DNA of 18,515 nt from Candidatus Vampirococcus lugosii (GCF_018420025.1 NZ_JAEDAM010000101.1:1-18515); one strand, 5' to 3'; shown: positions 9,252 through 18,412, counted from the stretch's first letter. A program made the numbers and translations. Notes: generated from the letters alone by a model not told the origin.

Positions 9252-9707
9252 TTATATTAATAAATTCATAAGATCTTTATTTTTAGGACTTATTAATATT
9301 TTTTTTCAATCAAACATATTTATTCTATAAATATTATTTAATGAAGTAGTAAACATAACATCTCAAGTAATAAAATTTACTCTAATTCATAATCAATAAT
9401 AAAAAGGAACTTTTCCTATATAATCAATTTTTTCTATATCTTTTTTTTCCAATAAATATTTTCTTTTTCAAGGAGTAATTATTGTAATTCAATTATTATC
9501 TATTTCATATTTTAGATTATTTACAAGTCTTATAATAAAAAAAACACTAACTCAAGATATAATTAATACTATAAAATATAAAATATCATAATTTCACATA
9601 AAATATGCAAATACAGAAAAGTTTAATAAAAAAATAAAAATAATTCAATTAAAAATAATCAAAAATTTAATTCAAAAATCTTTATATCAATAAGTAATAT
9701 TTGACAT
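9252..9707 (-). CDS. hypothetical membrane protein (two N-terminal TM segments plus a bacterial PH-like C-terminal part)
   Basis: ATG 9707..9705, TAA 9254..9252, 151 aa: MSNITYGYKDFGIKFLIIFNGIIFIFLLNFSVFAYFMGNYDILYFIVLIISGVSVFFII..YEIDNNGITIITPGKRKYLLEKKDIEKIDY... The PH-like assignment rests only on the pattern. Confidence 0.5.
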
Positions 9708-9724
9708 ATTATATCATTAATTTA

Positions 9725-10780
9725 TTAAAAATTAAATTGATAAAAAATCATAACTAAAGCAATCAATGAAAGAACTCATTGAATAAGCCATAATTTCATA
9801 ACTATAGTATATTCAGCATTTCATTTATATTCTAATAAATGATGAAATGGTGCTATAGCAAATAGTTTTTTCTTAAAAATTTTTTTCCAAAATATCTGTA
9901 AAAAAGAAGTAGACAATTCTACCCAAAATATCAAAAACAAAAACATAAAAGGGATTATTATACCAACTCTAATATCTAATAAATAAATTAAAGAAGAGAT
10001 TAATCATCATAGTGCAAGTGCACCACTATCTCACATAAATATTTTTGCTGGATTGATATTAAACCACAAAAAAGCTAATAAACTACCCAAAACTATAGCA
10101 ATAACAGTAGTTGCCAAATACCAACCATAAAAAAAAGTAATAATTCAAAGAACAGCTAAAATCATAATACAAAGTCAACCTACTAATCAATCCAAACCAT
10201 CAGTAATATTTATTGCATTAACTACAGCTATTGTAAAAATAAAAGTAAAAATTGAATAAAAAAATCAAATATCTACACTTCAAGTAAAAGGCCATAAATT
10301 TATTGAAGTAATTCATAATCTAATATAAAACCAATAACTGATAAATGCAGAAAATAAAAACATCCAAACAAGTTTCATTTTAGCAGTAAGTCATTTTATC
10401 TTACCTATTCATTTGATATTTAAATAATCATCTATAAGTCATAGTATTCACATACTAAAAAAAGCAAAAAGTATTATATATGTTTCTTGTCTTGTAACTA
10501 AAGAAAAATTTATAAAATCAAGATATTGTAATATATAAGAAAACAAAACTAATAATAAAACTATAAAAAGCACCAATCATCATCCCATAGTTGGTGTACC
10601 TATTTTATGTGAATGTAATTTATTAAAAATAATTGCCTTACCTCATCAAGTTCAATCTTCACGAAGATTTTTACCAGCCTTTATATAAGATAATAAATAA
10701 ATATAAAAAGGGTACAAAATTAAACTTATAAAAAAAGCAAACATTAAATAAAGCAATATACTATCAAGTTTCAATAACAT
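9725..10780 (-). CDS. mraY: phospho-N-acetylmuramoyl-pentapeptide transferase
   Basis: ATG 10780..10778, TAA 9727..9725, 351 aa. Motifs: GTPTMGGGL, LIDDYLNIKG, NAINITDGLDGLVGG, MGDSGALALGG, APFHHLLEYKG. Many of the conserved Gly are TGA. Confidence 0.9.
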
Positions 10781-10892
10781 TTAAAAAAATAATTTAATTA
10801 AAAAACATTTTCATATATTTAATGATTTTAAAAATAAAATCAATTCATATTATTTGATAAAATTTAATAAATATAAAAAAGTTCAAAAAATA

Positions 10893-11888
10893 CTATATAT
10901 CAAAAAATCAATTATTAGTTTCTTCTTTTTTAGTATTATTTGATAAATTTATAAGATCATTTATATCATAATTAAATTCTTTATTATCAATAAATATTTT
11001 ATTATGTTTCAAAAAATATAATAAAACTCATAAAGTCATTTTTACATCATTTTTACAATATAATTTTACTTTATTGTATGCATTTTGGTCTCAAGATTTT
11101 ATATATTCTTTTAAGTATTGTTCTCATTCCAATCAAGATTCCAAAGTTTTTCATATAGACAATAAACTTTTACTTACTGCATTAAGTCATATTCTTTTTC
11201 ATGTAAGTCTTCGTATAAATAAAAATAAATCTATACTTTTTTCATTTAAATCATTTATTTTTTCATCTCAATAATCTGTATTATAAATACTAACAGGATT
11301 ATCAAAATAAATACTATTATATCACACTATCCATCAATCAAAACTTAACATAAAATCAACAAATTTTGTAATACTTTTTCTATCTACTAATCTATATTTT
11401 ACAGATTTTAAATGATCTTGATTTGAAATTACAGTATAAGCTATCATAAATTTCATATTTTTTAAATCATTTATATTTCATATAGTTTCAATATCATATA
11501 CCAAATAAGGTTTATCTTTTATAGTTTTATATTTTCATTGTTTAAATTCTTCAAATAGAGTTTGAGAAATAGTTTTATTTTCTTTTATTAGTTTATTTAC
11601 TTTTTTTTGACTTTTTAATTGAGAATGAAAATTATTTATTTCATCTTTATCCATACTTATTTGTATTTTTTCTTTTTCATCACACAAAATATATCATTCT
11701 CAATTTTTTTCTATTTTGAACACTGGTCAATTTCATTCAAAAAAATAAACACAATCACCATATTTAGTACTATCTTTCAAAAACTCTTTCAAATAATTAT
11801 ATTTATTTTTTAAATATAAATTTTGTAAATTTTTTATAAATCAAGTTTTAACTTCAAATAATTGTTCATAAGTAAATTTTTTATACAT
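10893..11888 (-). CDS. RNase H-like / DEDD-type 3'-5' exonuclease domain protein (PolB-exonuclease-like, YprB-type)
   Basis: ATG 11888..11886, TAG 10895..10893, 331 aa. Motifs: LVYDIETIG (Exo I), VGYNSIYFDNPV (Exo II), LYCKNDVKMT (Exo III). The first ~125 aa are unassigned. Confidence 0.65.
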
Positions 11889-11948
11889 TATTTTTTTAAC
11901 TAAAATAAAAAACTTTTAATTAAAACTAAAATATTTAAAAAATATTTT

Positions 11949-12926
11949 CTAAAAAACAAATCCTACTTTTTTATAAATATCTTTTATTTTATCATTAGCT
12001 ATATTTTCTACTTTACTATTTCAATTTTTAAGAATTTTTTGTACTTCTTCATCAGATATATTTTCTTTTTTTTCTTTGATTGGATTTGTAAAATTTATTA
12101 TTTTCTCATACAAAAACTCTTTAATTTCTTTGAAAGATAATCAACCTTGTATATATCAATCACGAATTTTTTTGTCTTCTTCAAAATTTAAAAATAATTT
12201 CAAAATATTGTAAACATTACACTCATCAGGATTTTTTGGTTCATTAACTCATAAGGACATAGTAGGAATTGATTTAACTTTTTTTAACAAAAGATTATTT
12301 TCATCAAAAAGTCAAATATAATTATTATAAGATTTTGACATTTTTCTTCAGTCAATACCAGTAATTGTTGCCAAATTTTCAACTATTTTTGCTTGTGGAA
12401 GTTTGAAAGTATCACCAAATAAATTATTAAATTTACCAGCAATATCTCTTGCATATTCTACATGTTGTTTTTGATCTTTACCAACTGGAACATAATCAAC
12501 ATCATAAAGCAAAATATCGGAAGCCATAAGTATAGGATAACAAAAAGTTCCAACTGTTGTTTTTTCTTCTTTATCTTTTGCCAAAGCATCTTTGTAAGCA
12601 TGCATTCTTTTCATAAATCCAACATTAGTAATACAAGACAAAACCCAATTTAATTCAGCATGTGCAGAAATTAGTGCAGGATTATAAATATATGTCTTAT
12701 CTGGATTTATTCAACAAGCTAAATAAGTTTTGATAGCACTTAATGAATTTTCTTTTATAAAATTTCAATCATGAATAGCAGTTAAACTATGCATATTTGC
12801 CAAAAACATAAATGTTTCATATTCTCAAATTTCTTGAAAATCAATAATTTGTTTGATAGATGCAAAATAATTTCATATATGTAAATTATCAGAAGTAGGT
12901 TTAATTCAAGTAAGAACTCTTTTCAT
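11949..12926 (-). CDS. trpS: tryptophan--tRNA ligase
   Basis: ATG 12926..12924, TAG 11951..11949, 325 aa. Motifs: LTGIKPTSDNLHIGNY (Gly = TGA at 12873..12875), VPVGKDQKQHVE, GRKMSKS. Track ORF 12348..12641 is an in-frame fragment of this gene. Confidence 0.9.
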
Positions 12927-12954
12927 ATCAAAAATATATTATAAATTAAAATAA

Positions 12955-14736
12955 TTATTTAATTAATTTTTCCAATTCATCAATCATATCTTGTATAACT
13001 TTTAATCAATCTTTATAAAATTTATCTTGAGAAATATCAATATCTATAGTTTGTAAAAGTTCATAAGGTGTAAGACTTCCTCATGCTCTCAAAATATTTT
13101 TATATTTGGGAATGAAAGATTTTCCTTCATTTTGATATTGTTTGTACAATGCAAATGATAATATATTACCAAAAGAATATGAATAACAATAAAAAGGACT
13201 AGCAAAAATATGTGGGATAGCAGACCAAGTAGTTTCTTGTTCAGCAGGAACATCGTATTCTACAGTTTCTCATGAAAGTTCAATTTGACATTCTCTCCAT
13301 ATTTTATTAAAATCTTTATAAGTTAAATTATTACCCTCATAAAAACTTTCATGGACTTTTTTTTCAAAATTAACATATTGAATTTGTCTGAAAATAGTTG
13401 CAAAAGAATTTTCTATTTGTTTTGCCAAAAACGAAACTTTTTCATTATCATTTAAAGTTAATTTAATATAATCAGCGAATATAAGTTCATTAAAAATAGA
13501 AGCTGTTTCTGCCAAACAAAGTCAAGTATCATAAACTTTTCTTGGTTGAGATTGAGAAAAATATCAATGAATAGCATGCCCAAATTCATGAGCAATAGTA
13601 CTTACATTATCTAATGTATCAGAATAATTTAAGAAAACAAAACTTTTATGATCTTTATCATAACTTGCAAAAGCTCATCACCTTTTTCATTTTTGAGGAA
13701 AAACATCTACTTGACCATTAACAAAAAGATCTTTTGTAAATTGAGCAAATTCTTGATCAAAATTTTTCATACAATCCAAAAGAAGTCAAATTCATTCTTC
13801 AAACTCAATTTTTTTATCTTCATCAGATACAGGAGCAAAAACATCGTAATACATAAGTTTTTGTTGCCCTAATAATTTAGCTTTTATTTTATTATATCTT
13901 TGATAAAGAAGGAATGAATTTGTAATTTGTTCCAAAAGTTTTTGAACAATTTCATTAGAAATTTCTTCTGAATTATTTCTAGGTCACATTACTCAATCAA
14001 ATCATCTAATTTTAACATCAACAATCCAATCTTTTACAACACTTGCATAAACATTTCATAAAGAAATTTGTATTTTATTATCCAAATATTTCTCTCTAAT
14101 TGCATCAAATGCTTTTTTTCTTGTCTCAGGATTAGCAGAAAGTCTTAAATTTCTAACTTGATCTTCAGTAAGTTCTTTTTCTTCGCCATCTATATTTAAT
14201 ATAAAAGAAAAACTTCAAGTAAGTTCTTCATGTAAATTTGATAAAACATTAGAATTCGCATTTGATTTTAAATTTAAAGCAAATTCTGTTTTTTCATCCA
14301 ACAAATATTTTACAGAATTTGCTTTTTGTAAAAACCAATTTTTATAATTTTGTAATTCTTCTTTTTTTGAAAATTCTATCATTTTTTCATATCAAATTTC
14401 TTTTATTTCTTGATCAACAAATATTAAATCATTACTAAGATTAGTAACAAAATCATCAAATTCTTGATTTTTTTTCAATACATCTTGATTTTGAGTATCT
14501 AATGCTGATAAAAAATGTAAATATCTTCAAATATTTACAGCAAGATAAGAAATCTTATCATCTAAATCAAACATTTCCAAAAATCATTGAAAATCTAATT
14601 TTGATATATTTCATTTAAATTTTGAAATAAAATTTCTAACCATATTTTCTACTTCTTGCATATCATTATTTATTTTTGGATCATTAATATCTTTATAATA
14701 CTGTTCCAAATCCCATTTAGTTTGTATTTTTTGCAT
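12955..14736 (-). CDS. pepF: oligoendopeptidase F (M3B metallopeptidase)
   Basis: ATG 14736..14734, TAA 12957..12955, 593 aa. Motifs: KRGGAFASY (GG = TGA TGA), zinc motif IAHEFGHAIH, LAETASIFNE. Track ORF 13270..13515 is an in-frame fragment of this gene. Confidence 0.85.
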
Positions 14737-14840
14737 ATATTTTATATATTTATATTAAATAAATTATATCTTATATATACATAATTTATCAATAAATTCA
14801 AACCCAAATTATTAAAATAACAAAAAAATACTTTATAAAC

Positions 14841-14968
14841 TAATATTTTTTATAAAGTATTTTCTTATATTAAGGAATTTATTTAAATAATTTTTTATTA
14901 TCTATAGCTCAAATAATAATTTCAAGAATCTTCCAATATTTCTCTAAATTTACTTGAATCTGAATCTA
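14841..14968. repeat. direct repeat, copy 1 (3' end of the 14898..15446 gene plus its downstream region)
   Basis: By eye it aligns with 15531..15650 at roughly 90% identity with one 8-nt indel. The first 34 nt are identical, and a 45-nt block is identical (14911..14955 = 15593..15637). Confidence 0.9.
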
Positions 14969-15446
14969 TACCTTTTATCATATTATGTACTTCATCAATA
15001 TTATTAGCATTAATATATCAATTATCTCAAGTATTTTCAAGTTCTGCTATCAAAGCATATCATCAATTTTCTGTTCAACGATTATTAAGTGAAATATAAT
15101 AATAATTTTTTCAATCCAAAGGATCACTAGGTAAACTATCCATATATCTAGGAACAAGATAATCTTGTATTTCACTAAGTTCAACCATTCAATCACTTTC
15201 TGGATAACTTCATCTTCATCTACCAGAATAATAAATTGATAAAGCCATTGAAGTTTGTCATAAATGTGATAATCTCGCACTATCTCTTTCTTCTGAAAGA
15301 GCTTGTTCATTTTGTTCATTATCAAGATCTGAATTAGATTGTTCATTATCAAGATTTTGATTATCTTCATTTTCATCAACTTCTCATAAACAACCTCCAA
15401 AAACTGGAACAAATCAGATTAATAATAACAATAATAATTTTTTCAT
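14898..15446 (-). CDS. putative lipoprotein with type IV pilin / pseudopilin-like globular domain
   Basis: ATG 15446..15444, TAA 14900..14898, 182 aa with TGA=Gly. The N-terminus MKKLLLLLLIGFVPVFGGC has a signal peptide and a lipobox-like Cys. An acidic D/E/N/Q linker follows. Then come RDSARLSHLGQTSMALSIYYSGRGRGSYPES...YLVPRYMDSLPSDP...YYYISL...GGYALIAELE, the pattern of the pilin head domain that normally follows the hydrophobic N-terminal helix. Confidence 0.6.
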
Positions 15447-15530
15447 ACAGTTCCTTTAAAATATAAATGTATATACTATATAAATAATATTATTATTTTT
15501 TCAAGTTTAATTATAATAAAATTATTTCAA

Positions 15531-15650
15531 TAATATTTTTTATAAAGTATTTTCTTATATTAAGAAATTCATTTAGTTATTATCTAACTATTAAATAATA
15601 ATTTCAAGAATCTTCCAATATTTCTCTAAATTTACTTAAATCTGAACCTA
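15531..15650. repeat. direct repeat, copy 2 (orphan copy of the pilin-like gene's 3' end)
   Basis: See copy 1. On the minus strand it still reads ...GSDLSKFREILEDSGNYYLIVR*, compared with ...DSDSSKFREILEDSGNYYLSYR* in the intact gene. Confidence 0.9.
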
Positions 15651-16345
15651 ATTTTTTTGATGAAAATTCATGATTTGAATGAGAAGAAAATAAACAACCT
15701 AATTGGTGAAAAGAATGTAAAAGTAGTGATAATCAAAAACCTATTTGTTCATCTATATATAAACCAGTATGTGGGCAAACTTCTATATCATGTCCATCTT
15801 GAACTTTATGTCAAAAACCATTACCTAAAACATATTCTAATTCTTGTTTAGCAGAAAATGATAATGCTGAAATTTTGTATGAATGAGCTTGTAAAGATGA
15901 TAAAGAAATGTTTAATTGGAAATATTGAACAGAAGAAATATATAATGATATAAAAAAATATTTTCCAAATGCAACAAAGGAAAAGGTAGAAAGTATATCA
16001 TATCAAGTATATAATAAATACTTTTCAAAATCTAATTTAAGAGATATTCATAATAAATCAGTTGTATGACTTTATAAAGATTTTGTATGAAGTATTTTGA
16101 GTGTATTAAAAAAATGAGAAATAAAAGAAGAATCGTTAGTATATGCTAGAAATGAGTTGTATACTGCATTAGAGCAATTATGACTAAATTATACAAAACA
16201 AGAAGTAGAAAAAGTTGCAAAAGTAGTATATCATTATTTTAATAAAAATACAAAAATTAATCTTACATTAGATGATATATATAATAAAGATAAAAATTAT
16301 TGGTTAGATTTTGTATGAAGTGTAGCAACTGTATTAAAAAAATAA
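15602..16345 (+). CDS. Kazal-like Cys-rich domain protein with two ~75-aa C-terminal repeats; the open frame lacks a canonical start and signal peptide (probably 5'-truncated)
   Basis: The frame is open for 247 codons (TGA=Gly) from 15602 to TAA 16343..16345. It contains ...CSSIYKPVCGQTSISCPSGTLCQKPLPKTYSNSCLAENDNAEILYEGAC... (about 15746..15892). Two repeats each end in DFVGS..(S/T)VLKK; at the DNA level GATTTTGTATGAAGT occurs at 16079 and 16307. The first in-frame TTG is at 15875 and the first in-frame ATG at 15908, both downstream of the Cys-rich module. Confidence 0.6.
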
Positions 16346-16372
16346 TATAACTAATTAATATTTATTAAAAAA

Positions 16373-16407
16373 GTGAAATAGAACTTAGTTCTTTATTTCG
16401 CTTTTTT
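16373..16407 (+). terminator. rho-independent terminator
   Basis: GTGAAATAGAAC, loop TTA, GTTCTTTATTTCGC (imperfect stem with one bulge), followed by T6 at 16402..16407. It begins 28 nt after the stop at 16345. Confidence 0.7.
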
Positions 16408-16554
16408 ATTGTATATAAATTAGTTTTTATTGTTTGAGTTGTAATAATCTTATGTTAATTTAATATTGTTATATATTATAAATAAAATTTCTTGAAAAAT
16501 GAAATTATTTGTTTATAAGTTAATTCATTTTTGAGAAAAAATAATTTATTTATA

Positions 16555-16568
16555 ATATATATATATAT
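16555..16568. repeat. (AT)7 microsatellite running into the ATG of the 16567 gene
   Basis: Direct reading: atatatatatatat at 16555..16568. The last AT belongs to the start codon at 16567..16569. Confidence 0.9.
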
Positions 16569-16872
16569 GGAAAATAATAATAATTTTGATACATTTTATG
16601 AAATAAGAGAGGATGAAGAAACTGTTGATAGAATAAAAAGTAATATATTAGGTCTATGATTTATGTCAGATGATAATTTTGTTATTTCTTATTTGGACAA
16701 AACAAATGAAGAACAATATTATTATATAGATAATTATAAAGCATATATAGTTGCATATATTCCTGAACTAGATTTATCTATAAAATGAGTTCATTTAGAA
16801 TGAGCTACTTATCATAAATGAAATGTTTTTGATGTTAATACAGATTTAGAAAAAGTAACAAATATACTTTAA
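16567..16872 (+). CDS. hypothetical protein (101 aa)
   Basis: ATG 16567, TAA 16870..16872: MENNNNFDTFYEIREDEETVDRIKSNILGLGFMSDDNFVISYLDKTNEEQYYYIDNYKAYIVAYIPELDLSIKGVHLEGATYHKGNVFDV.... It is open only if TGA=Gly. The stop is 14 nt before the next gene. No family was recognised. Confidence 0.5.
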
Positions 16873-16886
16873 AAATTAAAAGTTAA

Positions 16887-17948
16887 ATGAAAATAGCTTT
16901 TGTACATGATTGGATAATTACCATTTGATGAGCTGAGAAAGTCTTTATAGATTTAATAAAAGAAGAAAAATATTCTCAATGAGAAATATTCTGTGTTTTT
17001 AGTGATAAAAATTTTTTATCAATAAATTGACAAGATATAAAAATAAATTCTGTTATAAAAAATAATTTTTTGATAAATAAAATATGATATCGTAATTTGA
17101 TGCCAATTTTTCCTATATTAAATTATTTTTTATCAAAAAAAATAAAAAAATATAATCCTGATAAATTACTTATATCATCTTTTGCAATAGCAAAAAATAT
17201 AAAATCTAAAGTATACAAAAAAATATATTTACATAGTCCTATGCAATATATACGAGATTCTTATGAAGAATATTTAGAAAAATTATTTTGAATAAAAAAA
17301 CTAATTTTTAAAATTAGTTCAAAATTTTTGAGAAAATGGGATAAAAAATATTTTCAATTTGATGAAGTGTATTTTAATAGTAAATATACAGAAAAATTAG
17401 CACAAAAAATATATTGAATTAAATGAATTGTTAAATACCCAAAAATAAATAATGAAATAGTAAATACTAATATAGTAAATCAAAAAGATAATTATTATAT
17501 TTATATTTGAAGATTAGTAAGGTTTTCCAAAGAATTAGATAAAATAATAGAACTATTTAATAATTTAGATGATAATTTATTAATTGTTTGAGCTTGACCA
17601 GACGAATTATTATTGAAATCAAAAGTTAAAAAATCAAATATAATTTTTTTGTGAGAAATAAATAATCTACAAAAAAAAATAAAATTATTAAAAAAATCAA
17701 AATGATTAATAAATATAACAAAAGAAAGTTTTGGAATAGTTACAGCAGAAAGTTTAAGTTTATGAGTGCCAGTGTTTGCTTACAATTGTTGAGCAAGTCC
17801 TGAATTATTAGATTTAAGATCTGGTGTTTTGATTCATAAAAAAAATCAATATGAACTTAAAAATAAATTTGAAGAATTTAAAAAAATAAAGTTTGATTAT
17901 CAAGAAATTAAAAATAATTTCTTATCAAAATTGGATAAGTATTTATAA
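16887..17948 (+). CDS. glycosyltransferase, GT-B fold, family 4-like
   Basis: ATG 16887, TAA 17946..17948, 353 aa. Motifs: MKIAFVHDWIITIGGAEKV, LLIVGAGPDE, ESFGIVTAESLSLGVPVFAYNCGASPELL. Track ORF 17097..17291 is an in-frame fragment of this gene. Confidence 0.8.
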
Positions 17949-17958
17949 TTTTTTTTAT

Positions 17959-17993
17959 TGTAAGAAATAGTAGCATTGTTTACAGTTTTTTTT
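17959..17993 (+). repeat. 35-bp element, copy A; candidate terminal inverted repeat of the adjacent decayed IS
   Basis: TGTAAGAAATAGTAGCATTGTTTACAGTTTTTTTT. It starts with TG, ends 2 nt before the transposase-relic stop (17996..17998), and begins 10 nt after the glycosyltransferase stop. Confidence 0.8.
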
Positions 17994-17995
17994 AT

Positions 17996-18288
17996 TTATC
18001 AGTGATAAAACTCATCTATAATTTCATATGGTGTTTTATTATCAATTCATTTATGAAGTTTGACACAATTATATCGATTTACAAATCTTTTTAAAGACTT
18101 TTTTCTATTTTCTGTTGAAATAAATGTTTCTTTACTATGTCGTATATCCATTAATGTTTTTATTACTTTTTCAGCTTTACCGTTTGTTTATGGTCTTTTT
18201 ACTTTTGTGTATTTTTTCTTTATTCAGGCTTCAAGACAATATTTCATAAGTTCATGATCTGGTGTTCATGTTTACGATTATTTTCTGT
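17996..18288 (-). pseudogene. rve (DDE integrase-type, IS481/IS3-like) transposase relic, C-terminal part
   Basis: The minus strand reads HELMKYCLEAGIKKKYTKVKRP*TNGKAEKVIKTLMDIRHSKETF...RFVNRYNCVKLHKGIDNKTPYEIIDEFYHG*. An in-frame TAA (18188..18190) sits where the family has Gln in RPQTNGK(A/V)E. A second in-frame TAA lies at 18272..18274. TENNRKHEHQ, resembling the TDNG.EF segment, is in another frame. Weak similarity may extend to about 18365. Confidence 0.7.
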
Positions 18289-18382
18289 TAGTCTCTGATT
18301 TTTATGTTCTTTTTTTTGAGTACATGTTATATGTATATTCATATTTTGTTGTTTTACCTCATCTTTGTAGAACAAAATTTCT

Positions 18383-18407
18383 AAATCCTTGATTTAGACA
18401 AGGATTT
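18383..18407. other. short hairpin (8-bp stem, 9-nt loop)
   Basis: AAATCCTT at 18383..18390 pairs with AAGGATTT at 18400..18407. Confidence 0.6.
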
Positions 18408-18412
18408 GGAAG

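Noticed and set aside
4849-13872. Plus-strand ORFs in the supplied track (4849..5067, 6199..6498, 7057..7356, 11074..11274, 11619..11813, 12462..12653, 13648..13872).
   Set aside because: Each is antisense to a conserved minus-strand gene (rnc, rpmA, cysS, the exonuclease, trpS, pepF). Their translations are low-complexity, F/I/L/K-rich and carry no motifs. They are shadow ORFs typical of AT-rich DNA.
15050-15412. The 120-aa minus-strand ORF from the track (MFQFLEVVYEKLMKMK...).
   Set aside because: It is out of frame with the ATG-15446 gene. Its codons end in G or C far more often than genes here do, and its sequence has no motifs. The TGA=Gly frame, by contrast, gives a signal peptide, a lipobox and a pilin-like domain.
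15657-15851. The 64-aa plus-strand ORF from the track starting TTG/ATG (MMKIHDLNEKK...).
   Set aside because: It is in a different frame from the 247-codon open frame that carries the Kazal-like Cys pattern and the tandem repeats, and it has no recognisable features. I considered it as a frameshifted N-terminus, but it has no signal peptide either.
18060-18257. The 65-aa plus-strand track ORF (MTQLYRFTNLF...).
   Set aside because: It is antisense to the recognisable rve transposase relic and has no motifs.
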